This document shows positions 39,261 to 48,911 of a DNA stretch of 64,000 nt, piece after piece; position 1 is the first letter of the stretch; each line of letters starts with the position of its first letter. Origin of the DNA: Trueperaceae bacterium (lineage in GTDB: Bacteria > Deinococcota > Deinococci > Deinococcales > Trueperaceae). The translations under genes and the position numbers were made by a program. The notes under the pieces were generated by a model. It made no database searches. It worked only from the letters and a program-made list of their open reading frames with translations, and had not been told where the DNA came from. The stretch lies in NCBI GenBank assembly GCA_965213705.1, contig OZ243913.1, positions 608,001-672,000 on the forward strand, written 5' to 3'.

Positions 39261-40655
39261 ATGAGCGCTCGAGCCGCCATCTCACCGCTCGCCCCACACC
39301 TCACCCGCTTGACGCGGGGGGCCAAGCTCGCCTACGGGACGGGCGACATGGCGGGGTCGGTGGTCGTCACGCTGACGGGCTTTTTCTTGCAGGCGTTTTT
39401 GCTGGACGTCGCGGGGCTCAGGCCGGCCGCCGTGGGCGTCATCTTTTTCGTCTCGAGCGTCTGGGACGCCGTGACCGACCCCATGATGGGGGTCATAAGC
39501 GACCGCACCCGCACGCGCTGGGGCGCGAAGCGGCCGTGGCTGCTGTTTGGGGCCGTTCCCTTCGGGGTTGCTTATTTTTTGCACTGGCTAGTACCCGACC
39601 TGGGTCCGGCGGGACTGTTCGCGTACTACCTCGCCGTCTCGCTGCTGCTCAAGACGGCCTACACGGTTGTCAACGTGCCCTACGCCGCCCTCACCCCGGC
39701 GCTGACCCAGGACTACGACGAGCGCACGCAGCTCAACACCTACCGCTTCAGCCTCAACTTGTTCGGCAGCTTATTGGCGGTCGTCCTGCACCCTGTTTTG
39801 GTAAATCTAGCCGGTGACGACGTGGCGCGCGGCTACTTACTCAGCGCGGGCGTGTGGGGCGTGTTCATCGCGGCCACGGTGCTGACCGCGTTCGGCGGCA
39901 CCGCCGAGCGAACCGCGCCGAGCGTGAGCGCGGACCTCAACGTGTGGGGCGACCTGACCTCGGCGCTGCGCAACCGGGCTTTTTTGCTCGTCACGGGCAT
40001 CTACCTCTGCTCCTGGCTCGCCCTGCTGACGGTCCAGGCGAACCTGCTGCTGTTCTTTCGCTACTGGGCGGGCATCGAGGCGCAGTTTACGGGCCTCATC
40101 CTGAGTTTTCAGGTGGCGGCCATCCTGTCGCTTAGTTTGTGGGCTTACCTGAGCAGACGCATCGGCAAGCGGGCGGTGTACACGCTCGGGGCGCTGCTCT
40201 GGGCGGCCGGGCTCGCACTCTTTTTCTTTTTGCCGCCCGGCGCGGTGCTGCCGGCTTACGGGCTGGCGACGCTCATCGGGGTGGGGGCGGCGGTGGCCTA
40301 CCTCATCCCCTGGAGCATGTTGCCCGACGTGGTCGACGACGACGAACTGCGCACCGGCGAACGGCGCGAGGGCGTGTTCTACGGGATGTTCGTGTTTTTG
40401 CAGAAGCTGGGTTTGTCGCTGGGTCTGGCGGTCTCGAGCTTCGCCCTGGACGCAACCGGCTACCTCAACCCCGAGGCGGCGGGCGCGGTGGTGACGCAGC
40501 CGGACGGGGTGCTCCTCACTTTACGCCTGCTGGTGAGTTTCGTGCCCACCGCGCTGCTCCTCGTCAGCTTGCCCTTCGTTTATTATTACCCCCTCACCCG
40601 CGAACGCTACGCCGAGATTCGGGCGCGCCTGGACGCTCGCCCGTCAGATATTTAA
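39261..40655 (+). CDS. GPH family (MelB/MFSD2-like) MFS transporter
   Basis: WDAVTDPMMGVISDRTRTRWG and DELRTGERREG motifs. Confidence 0.93.
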   Translation: MSARAAISPLAPHLTRLTRGAKLAYGTGDMAGSVVVTLTGFFLQAFLLDVAGLRPAAVGVIFFVSSVWDAVTDPMMGVISDRTRTRWGAKRPWLLFGAVPFGVAYFLHWLVPDLGPAGLFAYYLAVSLLLKTAYTVVNVPYAALTPALTQDYDERTQLNTYRFSLNLFGSLLAVVLHPVLVNLAGDDVARGYLLSAGVWGVFIAATVLTAFGGTAERTAPSVSADLNVWGDLTSALRNRAFLLVTGIYLCSWLALLTVQANLLLFFRYWAGIEAQFTGLILSFQVAAILSLSLWAYLSRRIGKRAVYTLGALLWAAGLALFFFLPPGAVLPAYGLATLIGVGAAVAYLIPWSMLPDVVDDDELRTGERREGVFYGMFVFLQKLGLSLGLAVSSFALDATGYLNPEAAGAVVTQPDGVLLTLRLLVSFVPTALLLVSLPFVYYYPLTRERYAEIRARLDARPSDI

Positions 40656-40664
40656 GGAGACCCC

Positions 40665-41636
40665 ATGCGCGTTTTACGCACCCCCGACGAACGTTTTCAC
40701 AACCTGCCCGACTACCCGTTCGAGCCGCACTACCTCACCGTTTCGGACTTTGAAGGTGGCGAGTTGCGCGTTCACTACCTGGACAAAGGCCAGTCAGAAA
40801 GCCAGTCCCAACCCACCGTGCTGCTGCTACACGGCGAACCCACCTGGTCGTACCTGTACCGCCACATGATTCCGCCGCTCGTTGCCGCGGGTTTTCGGGT
40901 CGTCGCGCCCGACCTGGTCGGTTTCGGCAAGTCGGACAAGCCCGCTCAAAAGAGCGACTACACCTACCGGCGGCACGTGGCTTGGATGAAGGCCGTTTTG
41001 TTCGAGGGGCTCGAGCTTAAAGACGTCACCCTCTTCTGCCAGGACTGGGGCTCGCTCATCGGGTTGCGGCTCGTGGCGGACCAGCCCGAGCGCTTCGCGC
41101 GGGTTGTGCTCGCCAACGGCGGCTTGCCGACGGGCGACGAAGAAATGTCCAACGAGTTCAAGGTTTGGTTGGCGTTCTCAAAACTCACCCCGGTTTTGCC
41201 CGTCGGCAGGATTCTTCAAATCGGGACGATGACCGAGTTGGGACGGGACGTGCTTTCGGCCTACAACGCCCCCTTCCCGACCGAGGCCTACAAGGCGGGC
41301 GCGCACGTGTTTCCCTCGCTCGTGCCCGTCCGGCCGGACGACCCCGCCGCGCCCGCCAACCGCCGGGCGTGGGCGGTGCTGGAAAAGTTCGACAAGCCTT
41401 TTCTGACCGCGTTCAGCGACCAAGACCCAATTACGAGAGGAGCCGAGCAGGCCTTCCGAACTCGAGTGCCGGGGGCGCGGGGTCAGCCGCACGTGACGAC
41501 CAGGGGAGGCGGACACTTTTTGCAAGAGGACCGGCCCGACGACCTCGCCCGGCTCATCATCAAGTTTGTGAACGCGGGGGCTGTAGACGAGGGAACTGTG
41601 AGCGCGGGGGCGTCTCCTCTGCAAAAAACCCCGTGA
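40665..41636 (+). CDS. haloalkane dehalogenase (DhlA/DhmA-like)
   Basis: LRTPDERF, HGEPTWS, QDWG and GHFLQED motifs. Confidence 0.94.
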   Translation: MRVLRTPDERFHNLPDYPFEPHYLTVSDFEGGELRVHYLDKGQSESQSQPTVLLLHGEPTWSYLYRHMIPPLVAAGFRVVAPDLVGFGKSDKPAQKSDYTYRRHVAWMKAVLFEGLELKDVTLFCQDWGSLIGLRLVADQPERFARVVLANGGLPTGDEEMSNEFKVWLAFSKLTPVLPVGRILQIGTMTELGRDVLSAYNAPFPTEAYKAGAHVFPSLVPVRPDDPAAPANRRAWAVLEKFDKPFLTAFSDQDPITRGAEQAFRTRVPGARGQPHVTTRGGGHFLQEDRPDDLARLIIKFVNAGAVDEGTVSAGASPLQKTP

Positions 41637-42331
41637 GCGTCCGCAAGCGCAGCAACGGCCTCGCCACCTATCACCGCATGGTGCAAGCCGCCGTCACCAT
41701 CATGCGCGAAGAGGGACCGGGCGAGGTCACCACGGCGCGGCTCGCCGAAGCGTCGGGCGTTGTTCAGTCGGGCTTTTACACGCACTTCAAAAACGTGGAT
41801 GAGGCCATCGTCGCCGCCGCCGAGCAAACCGGCCAGCGCTTGCGGGAGGTCATCCGAAGTTGGCGCGCGGAAATCGTTGCGCTAGGCGGCGGCACCGTGC
41901 AGCAGCTCGCCGAGCACTACGCCGCGCTCATCAAATTGCTCCTCGACGAGCGTCACTTTACCGAACTCTACTTGCAGTACCGCCGCACGCCCAGCCGTTT
42001 GGGTGAGGTACTGCGCCACTTCGAGGCGGACGTGCTGCGCGACATCAGCGTTCATTTGGAACAGATGTTGCACCCGAGCGCACAACAGGTTGGACCCCTA
42101 CACAACCCGCCTCTACAAGCCAGGGACCGTCAGCAAGCCGAGCAGATTGTGGGCATGTTCTGGGTCGCAGTGGACCGAGCGCTCTACGCCGAAGCCGGCC
42201 CGGCCGAAGGTGACGTCGAGCGTTTGGCCCTGCAGCTTGCGGTTCTCACAAAAGCGAGCGTCGAGCTTGGTTACGGCGTGCCGGACGAACGTTTTTTGGC
42301 GCGGGTCTCGCTCGGGTTGCTGAAATCCTGA
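41633..42331 (+). CDS. TetR family regulator
   Basis: HTH VTTARLAEASGVVQSGFYTHFKN; GTGA overlap with the upstream gene. Confidence 0.88.
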   Translation: MSVRKRSNGLATYHRMVQAAVTIMREEGPGEVTTARLAEASGVVQSGFYTHFKNVDEAIVAAAEQTGQRLREVIRSWRAEIVALGGGTVQQLAEHYAALIKLLLDERHFTELYLQYRRTPSRLGEVLRHFEADVLRDISVHLEQMLHPSAQQVGPLHNPPLQARDRQQAEQIVGMFWVAVDRALYAEAGPAEGDVERLALQLAVLTKASVELGYGVPDERFLARVSLGLLKS

Positions 42332-42418
42332 GCGTTCTTGCCGAAGGTTTGCTCGGGCGGCGGCTCGGCCGTGCCGGTCAAACCCCTCAAACAACCTTTT
42401 CAGTGCCCGTTACGAAGG

Positions 42419-42456
42419 GCTACGGTTTGTCCGAAAGCTACAGTCTGTCCGAAAGC
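42419..42456. repeat. 18-bp imperfect tandem duplication
   Basis: GCTACGGTTTGTCCGAAA / GCTACAGTCTGTCCGAAA. Confidence 0.7.
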
Positions 42457-42712
42457 CCGGCGAGCTAAAAGCAAACCTCTTCTATTACATCCAATTGAAG
42501 AGCGATAGTTTCTGGTCTTACGGTTGCTGGGTTAGTCCTCATCAAGAGAAGTCTGGTCGACCGCGGGTTATCATGACGGAGCACTAATCCCCTTTCCGTT
42601 TGATTCCCTCGGAATTGAGTGCGAGCAGAGCGAGAAGAAATACGGACCAGCGACAAGGAAGCGAACAACTCTCCAAGGGAGCTGTAGCATCGGAATCCGT
42701 GTAAGGAGGAAC

Positions 42713-43855
42713 ATGAAAATTCGGCTGAGTATAGGTGTGTTGGCATTGGTGTCCTGGGTTCACGCGGGTCCCCTTGTGGCGATAGGCGGCGGCCTGACGC
42801 CCGAAAACGAAGCCGTGTACCGCACCGTCATCGACCTGGCGGGCGCGGACCCTACCTTCTGCGTGTTCGGTACTGCGAGTTCCGACCCTCAGGAGAGCGC
42901 CGCGGCCTACGTCGCGGACTTCGAAACTTATGGCGCTGCCGCCAAAGTCGTCGACATCACCACCGACAACGCCGCGACGAGCACGAGCGACGACGCGGTT
43001 TTAGAAACCATCCGCGGTTGCGACGGTTACTTTTTCACCGGCGGCGACCAGCGCCGCATCACCGAGGCTTTTCTGAAAGACGGTGCGGACACGCCGGCGC
43101 TGACCGCGCTGCGCGAACGGTTCGCGGCGGGCGCGCCCATTGCCGGGACGAGCGCCGGGCTCGCCGCGCTGAGCGACCCCATGATCAGCGGCGGCTCAAG
43201 CGTCGACACACTTTTGTCAGGCCCCGACCCCGTCACCGTGGAACCCGGTTTAGGGTTCACCGACGTGCTTTTAGACCAGCACTCGGTCGAGCGGGGCCGC
43301 TTCGGTCGGTTGTTGGGCGCACTTTTTGAGACCAACGCCGCGCTCGGCGTCGGCGTGAGCGAGGACACGGCCGTGGTGATTCCCGAAACCGGCCCCTGGC
43401 GCGTCGTCGGCGCGGGCTACGTGGTGGTCCTGGAAGTGCCCACGGACAGCACGCTCGCAGCGCCGGAGGGTGTGGCGATGAGCCTCGTCTCGAGCGGCGA
43501 CACCTTCGACCCCGCAACCGGCACCTTCAGCATCTTCGCAGGGCGCAGCGCCGAAGAGGTGGGTACTTACTACGACCCCGGCACCATCTTTGCCGTCGAC
43601 ATTTTCGGCCCCGAGGTGGTGAGCGGCGTGCTCGAGCGCCTCATCGACTCGCCCGAAACCCAAGCGAGCGGCTTAGGCTTTTTGGGCAGCGGTGAGCCGA
43701 GCTTCAGCGCCGACGGCGTCCGGCTCGTGTTCGAGAAAACGCCTCAGACCCAAGGCTACTGGGGCCGCGTCGACGGCCAAGACTACAGCGTCGTCCGCGT
43801 CGGTGTGCGTTTGGAACCGGTTGAGGTCAGCGTGTCGCCGCGCGGCAGCGACTGA
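42713..43855 (+). CDS. secreted cyanophycinase-like peptidase (S51 family)
   Basis: Signal peptide ending VHA; IGGG, TGGDQ, GTSAG, DQH...RGRFGRL and SED motifs. Confidence 0.88.
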   Translation: MKIRLSIGVLALVSWVHAGPLVAIGGGLTPENEAVYRTVIDLAGADPTFCVFGTASSDPQESAAAYVADFETYGAAAKVVDITTDNAATSTSDDAVLETIRGCDGYFFTGGDQRRITEAFLKDGADTPALTALRERFAAGAPIAGTSAGLAALSDPMISGGSSVDTLLSGPDPVTVEPGLGFTDVLLDQHSVERGRFGRLLGALFETNAALGVGVSEDTAVVIPETGPWRVVGAGYVVVLEVPTDSTLAAPEGVAMSLVSSGDTFDPATGTFSIFAGRSAEEVGTYYDPGTIFAVDIFGPEVVSGVLERLIDSPETQASGLGFLGSGEPSFSADGVRLVFEKTPQTQGYWGRVDGQDYSVVRVGVRLEPVEVSVSPRGSD

Positions 43856-44056
43856 CCTCGGCAATCGACCTCAACCAACCTCGGCAACGACCGACGTTCG
43901 ACCGACGTCGTTGGGTACGGGTCAGGGCGCGGCGTCCAACGAAACTTCATACGGATTCCGATACTACGCTAAACAAGTTCAGAAGAGGTTTTTCCGCGCC
44001 TCATCCCAATCCGTAGTCTTCTCTTCTCGTTCCACTCGGGTTCATTCTTTTAGAAA

Positions 44057-44944
44057 CTAACTGGAAACGGTATCAGGTGCAGCCCTGCCCCGCGCGCCGA
44101 GGATGCCCAGCGCGGTCACGAAACCGACCACGAGCTTGACGACAATGTCGGTGAGGACGACCTCCGTCATCCAGCCGGGCGTCGCAAACGCCTCACCGGC
44201 AAAAGCAAAAATCGTAAACACGAGCGTGTCGATGGGAATGCTCACCGCGTTCGAGGTCGCCACGCGGGTCAGCCAGCTTCTTTGAATAAAGCGCTGGTAA
44301 ACTTCCGTGTCCGCCGTCTCGGAGAGGACGATGGCGGCGAAACTCACCACGACGTAGCGCAGCGGCGTTCCCAAAAACAGCGCCGTGATGACGTTCAAAA
44401 GTGCCGCCGCAAAAATCGTCAGGTAGGCGTAGTGCCGCCCGTACTGGTGAACGCGGTCCCGCTGCGTAAAGGTCACGCCGAAAAACAGCGTACCGACGTT
44501 GACGAGGCCGTACCCAGGCAACGGTAAAAAGCTGTCCAGGGTGTAGTTGGCGAGGAGCGTGCAAACCACGTACACCGTCATCGCGGCGAGCAGGGAAGCG
44601 TGTTTTTTGAACAGCAGCGGGTAAAGTTCGGTTAACACGATAGCCGTCAGCGGTGCCAGCAAATAGAGCGAAGCGCCGGGCGCGCCGTCTCTCAGCAAAA
44701 AGGTGAGGCCGAGGTTGGCGGCGAGGGCGGCAGCCAAAGCAAACCAGCGGCGCTCGAGCCCCCGCCTCACGCCCAGCAGCGGCGCGACGAACAGCGCCCC
44801 GAAGTACAGCACCACAATGAGCGGCAACTGCGGCAGCGGACTTTGCCCGAACTGCGCTAGCTTGAACAGCAGCAGGCAGCCCGCTTGAGCGCCCAGTGTC
44901 AACAGAACGTAAAAATAAGGCGTAAGGCTTCGTTTGTCCAGCAC
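44057..44944 (-). CDS. VUT family (queuosine-precursor transporter-like) membrane protein with an extra N-terminal TM region
   Basis: LLAN, GTLFFG.TFTQRD, SETADTEVY and SNAVSIPIDT motifs. Confidence 0.85.
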   Translation of the reverse strand: MLDKRSLTPYFYVLLTLGAQAGCLLLFKLAQFGQSPLPQLPLIVVLYFGALFVAPLLGVRRGLERRWFALAAALAANLGLTFLLRDGAPGASLYLLAPLTAIVLTELYPLLFKKHASLLAAMTVYVVCTLLANYTLDSFLPLPGYGLVNVGTLFFGVTFTQRDRVHQYGRHYAYLTIFAAALLNVITALFLGTPLRYVVVSFAAIVLSETADTEVYQRFIQRSWLTRVATSNAVSIPIDTLVFTIFAFAGEAFATPGWMTEVVLTDIVVKLVVGFVTALGILGARGRAAPDTVSS

Positions 44945-45276
44945 GGGAAGTCCTCCAAAATTTCAGAGGCGGTCATGTCACCTCCCGCCGACCAGGGAAG
45001 TATAGCAAGCAGGGAAGTACCGAGTGGAAAGTACCGAGCAGGGATGCTGCGAAGTCGGCTTTGTTGCAAGGGAGCGGAAACATTGCTGCAACCTTTACAA
45101 AAGCATCGCCAAACGAGCCTCACCGCTCGAGGTTGCCACGCTTCGCTCGCAACGACGAACCTCCTTGCGCGGCTTAGCGGCTTAGCGCTCAGCCCCCGGC
45201 ACCGAATGGCTACCTACTTTCGACTCGGTACTTTTCTCTGCCCTCGAGCCCCGCCCGGATTGGCTATGCTTGAGGT

Positions 45277-45675
45277 ATGGAATCGTTTTTAGGCACGCCC
45301 CCCGACACCCTGCTCGAGACCCTGAACATCACCGTGACCGAAGCCGGCCCCGAGCGCGTCGTCGCGACCATGCCCGTCACGCCGCGGGTTCACCAACCCT
45401 TCGGCATTTTGCACGGCGGCGCGTCGGTCGTGCTCGCCGAAACCGTCGCCAGCATCGGCGCGGCTGTCAGCATCGACCTGGACAAACAGCACGCCGTGGG
45501 TTTGGAAATCAACGCCAACCACATCCGCACTGTGCGGGACGGAACGCTCACCGGCACCGCCACGCCGCTTCACAAAGGCCGCAGCACCCACGTTTGGATG
45601 GTCACCATCGAGGACGAAAGCGGCAAGTTGGTCTGCACCTCGCGCTGTACGATGGCGATTATCGCGGCGCAGTAG
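45277..45675 (+). CDS. hotdog-fold thioesterase (PaaI/MenI-like)
   Basis: QPFGILHGGASVVLAET and GLEINANH motifs. Confidence 0.93.
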   Translation: MESFLGTPPDTLLETLNITVTEAGPERVVATMPVTPRVHQPFGILHGGASVVLAETVASIGAAVSIDLDKQHAVGLEINANHIRTVRDGTLTGTATPLHKGRSTHVWMVTIEDESGKLVCTSRCTMAIIAAQ

Positions 45676-45847
45676 TTTGGGCATTCAACTTCGAACTGAG
45701 ACGGATTTGGCGTTTTTACGGTCGTTTGAAGCTCGAGTTCGACCTTCTGCCTTCGGCACTTCCTGTTCTCTCGTAACCCAACCTTCACCTTCGGCTGTCA
45801 CCACCCGTACCGAACCTTTATAATGGGTCAAACGAAAGGCGGTACTT

Positions 45848-46591
45848 TTGCGCGCAGCCCTGTTTGCGACCTGTTTGGCGGACCAGCTTTTCCCCGAGGT
45901 GGCGGTGGCCTCGGTCAAGTTACTGCGGCACCTGGGCGTCACGGTCGTTTTTCCCGAGCGGCAAACCTGTTGCGGCCAGCCCGCCTTCAACGCGGGCTAC
46001 CACCGCGAAACCGCTCAAGTGGCCGAGCATCACTTAGACGTTTTCGAAGGTTTCGAGTACGTCGTGCTGCCCTCGGGCTCGTGCGGGGCGATGGTCAAGA
46101 CGCACTACCCGGAACTCTTGAACGAAGCGCCGGAGCTGTTCGCCAGGGCTCGAGACCTCGCCAGCCGTACCTACGAACTCACGACCTTTATCACCGAGGT
46201 TTTGAAAACTGACGACGTCGGCGCGAACCTGTCGAACACGCGCGTGACCTACCACGACTCGTGCCACGCGCTCCGCTTTATGGGTGTGCGGGACGCGCCG
46301 CGCACGCTGTTAAAGGCGGCCGGGGCGGAACTGCTCGAGGCCGCCAACACTGAAGTCTGCTGCGGCTTCGGCGGTTTGTTCAGCGTCAAGATGCCCGACA
46401 TCAGCGCGGCGATGGCGCGGCAGAAGGTCGCGGGCATCCAAGCGACCGGGGCCGACGTGCTGACCTCGACCGACGGCGGTTGCCTCATGCAAATCAAGGG
46501 GACGCTGCACCGTGAACAGGTCGGCGTCAGGGTTCAGCACGTCGCGGAACTTCTCTGGGCGGGCGTCGAGCGCGCCAGAGTTGCAGCTTAG
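45848..46591 (+). CDS. lutA: lactate utilization Fe-S protein A
   Basis: TCLAD, QTCCGQP, HDSCH and CCGFGG motifs. Confidence 0.93.
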   Translation: MRAALFATCLADQLFPEVAVASVKLLRHLGVTVVFPERQTCCGQPAFNAGYHRETAQVAEHHLDVFEGFEYVVLPSGSCGAMVKTHYPELLNEAPELFARARDLASRTYELTTFITEVLKTDDVGANLSNTRVTYHDSCHALRFMGVRDAPRTLLKAAGAELLEAANTEVCCGFGGLFSVKMPDISAAMARQKVAGIQATGADVLTSTDGGCLMQIKGTLHREQVGVRVQHVAELLWAGVERARVAA

Positions 46592-46601
46592 AAAGGCGAA
46601 C

Positions 46602-48023
46602 ATGGAGATTACCACTCGAGCTTTCAAAACCAACGCTTCAGGCGCGCTGCTCGACAAGCAGTTGCAAACTGCCCTCGGCCGGGCCACGACCGCGTTCGTC
46701 GGCAAGCGCAAAGTTGCGGTGGAGGCGCTGGAGAACTTCGAAGCGCTGCGCGACTACTGCGGCGCGGTCAAAGCGCATACTCTTGAATACTTGGACGTTT
46801 ACGTGGACCAACTCGTCGAGCAAATCGAGGCTCGAGGCGGTCACGTTCACTTCGCCGCGGACGCGGAAGAGGCCACCCACATCGTCACCGACCTCGCCCT
46901 CGCCAAAGGCGTGAAAACGGTGGTGAAGTCCAAGTCGATGGTCTCGGAAGAGATTCACCTCAACCAGGCGCTCGAGCGCGCAGGCGTCGAACCTATCGAG
47001 ACCGACTTAGGCGAGTACATCCTGCAAATCGACAACGACTTCCCGAGCCACCTCATCGGCCCCGCGCTCCACAAAACGCGCGAGCAAATCACGAAGCTGT
47101 TCCACGAAAAAATCGGCACGCCCGAAAACGCCACCATCCCCGAACTCACCGCCGCCGCCCGGCGGGTGCTGCGCGAGGGTTTTTTGCGCGCCGACATGGG
47201 CATCTCGGGCGGCAACTTCGCCGTGGCCGAAACGGGCTCGGTCGTGCTGGTCGAGAACGAGGGCAACATCCGCTTCACCACGAGCTTGCCGAAGATTCAC
47301 CTGGCAATCATGGGCCTCGAGAAAGTCATCCCGCGCCTCAAAGACCTGCCAGCTTTTCTGAGCGTGCTGCCGCGGAGCGCCACCGGCCAAAAGGCGAGCA
47401 GCTACGTCTCGGTCATCACCGGGGCGAAGCGTGAAGACGACCCAGACGGCCCCGAAGAGTTTCACCTGCTCTTGGTGGATAACGGACGTAGCGCCGTACT
47501 CGCCGACCCCAAACTGCGCGACGCGTTGCGCTGCATTCGCTGCGGCGCGTGCTTGAACGCTTGCCCGGTGTACCAAAACGTGGGCGGCCACGCTTACGGC
47601 TGGGTGTATTCCGGCCCCATCGGCGCGGTCTTGAATCCGGGTTTGCTGGGCCTCGAGCACACCCACAACCTGCCCCAAGCGAGCAGCCTCTGCGGGGCCT
47701 GCGGCGAGGTCTGCCCGGTCAAAATCCCGCTGCCCGACCTGCTCATCGAACACCGCAAACGCTCCGTCGAGCGCGGTCTCACGCCCAAGACCGAGGGCGC
47801 AGGCATCGGCGCGTTCGCCTTTGTCGCCACGCATCCGGGGCTGTGGGACGCCAGCACCAAAATTGGCCGCTTCGGGTCGCAGTTTTTGAGCCGGGACGGC
47901 TTTGTGCAGGGCGACTGGCTGCCGGTGCTGAAAGAGTGGCTGCGCGAGCGCGACTTTCCGAGTCCGGCGAAAAAGTCTTTCCGGGCGCGTTGGAAGGAAG
48001 AGTTGGAGGACGACCGCTCGTGA
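46602..48023 (+). CDS. lutB: lactate utilization Fe-S protein B
   Basis: KSKSM, ETDLGE, ENEGN, CIRCGAC and SLCGAC motifs. Confidence 0.95.
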   Translation: MEITTRAFKTNASGALLDKQLQTALGRATTAFVGKRKVAVEALENFEALRDYCGAVKAHTLEYLDVYVDQLVEQIEARGGHVHFAADAEEATHIVTDLALAKGVKTVVKSKSMVSEEIHLNQALERAGVEPIETDLGEYILQIDNDFPSHLIGPALHKTREQITKLFHEKIGTPENATIPELTAAARRVLREGFLRADMGISGGNFAVAETGSVVLVENEGNIRFTTSLPKIHLAIMGLEKVIPRLKDLPAFLSVLPRSATGQKASSYVSVITGAKREDDPDGPEEFHLLLVDNGRSAVLADPKLRDALRCIRCGACLNACPVYQNVGGHAYGWVYSGPIGAVLNPGLLGLEHTHNLPQASSLCGACGEVCPVKIPLPDLLIEHRKRSVERGLTPKTEGAGIGAFAFVATHPGLWDASTKIGRFGSQFLSRDGFVQGDWLPVLKEWLRERDFPSPAKKSFRARWKEELEDDRS

Positions 48024-48631
48024 CCCATGAGGACTTCATAGGACGGATTCGCGGCGCACTGCACCGCCAGCCGGGCGACCCCCTCGAGACCCCGCCCGCC
48101 CTGCTGGTCCCCTTGACGGAGTGGGACGAAGACGTTCTCGTCGAACAGTTCAAGCTCGAGCTTGAAACCGTCGGCGGTCATGTCCACGTCGTCGCCGACG
48201 TGGCAGGGGCGAGGAAAAGGCTCGAGGCCGTGTTGAGCGAGCTTGGCGTCACCTCATTCATCCGCACCACTGACGAGGTCGTCGACGAAGTCCTGGGCGA
48301 CCTGTACCTGCCCCTGAACGACAACCCCGCCGCGGCGGACGTAGGTATCAGCGGCGCGCGTTGCGCGATTGCCAACACCGGCACCCTCGTTTTAACGAGC
48401 GAGATGGGCCGCAAAGCCTCGCTGTTGCCGATGAACCACGTCGCCATCCTCAGGGCCGAGCAAATTGTGCCGACGATGGCTGAAGCTTTGGAAACGCACC
48501 TAGACGAAATGCCGAGCGTTTGGGTGCAGGCGACCGGCCCGAGCCGCACCGCGGACATCGAACTCACCCTGACGACCGGGGTTCACGGGCCGGGCGTGAC
48601 GCACGTGATTTTGATTCAAGGAACAGCGTGA
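48020..48631 (+). CDS. lutC: lactate utilization protein C
   Basis: IANTGTL and GPSRTADIE...GVHGP motifs. Confidence 0.93.
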   Translation: MTHEDFIGRIRGALHRQPGDPLETPPALLVPLTEWDEDVLVEQFKLELETVGGHVHVVADVAGARKRLEAVLSELGVTSFIRTTDEVVDEVLGDLYLPLNDNPAAADVGISGARCAIANTGTLVLTSEMGRKASLLPMNHVAILRAEQIVPTMAEALETHLDEMPSVWVQATGPSRTADIELTLTTGVHGPGVTHVILIQGTA

Positions 48632-48852
48632 AAGACAAAATTGTCGCCGACGGAGAACGACGCTACACAGCGGCTAACCGCCAGGAGATTGAGGCCGAAC
48701 AAAAGCAAAGGGTGGCTGAAATCAGAGAGCACTATCGGGTGCAACTCCAACAGTCCGGGTTCTGGCAGCGCCCACTGTTGAAGCTGAGGATGAAGCGGGA
48801 AATTCGTGGTGTGCTCGAGTCGAGCGGTAACCTCTATTTTGAGAAAGTGTGA
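48628..48852 (+). CDS. small basic hypothetical protein
   Basis: GTGA overlap with lutC; 74 aa. Confidence 0.55.
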   Translation: MKDKIVADGERRYTAANRQEIEAEQKQRVAEIREHYRVQLQQSGFWQRPLLKLRMKREIRGVLESSGNLYFEKV

Positions 48853-48911
48853 CAGTTTTCGGTTGAGACTTTGCTCAAAAGTGACATGACGGTCGCTGTA
48901 GAGCAGGGTCT

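Noticed and set aside
42538..42690. SAM-I-like ATCAAGAG and glycine-riboswitch-like AACTCTC fragments
   Set aside because: The remaining conserved elements and pairings could not be found.
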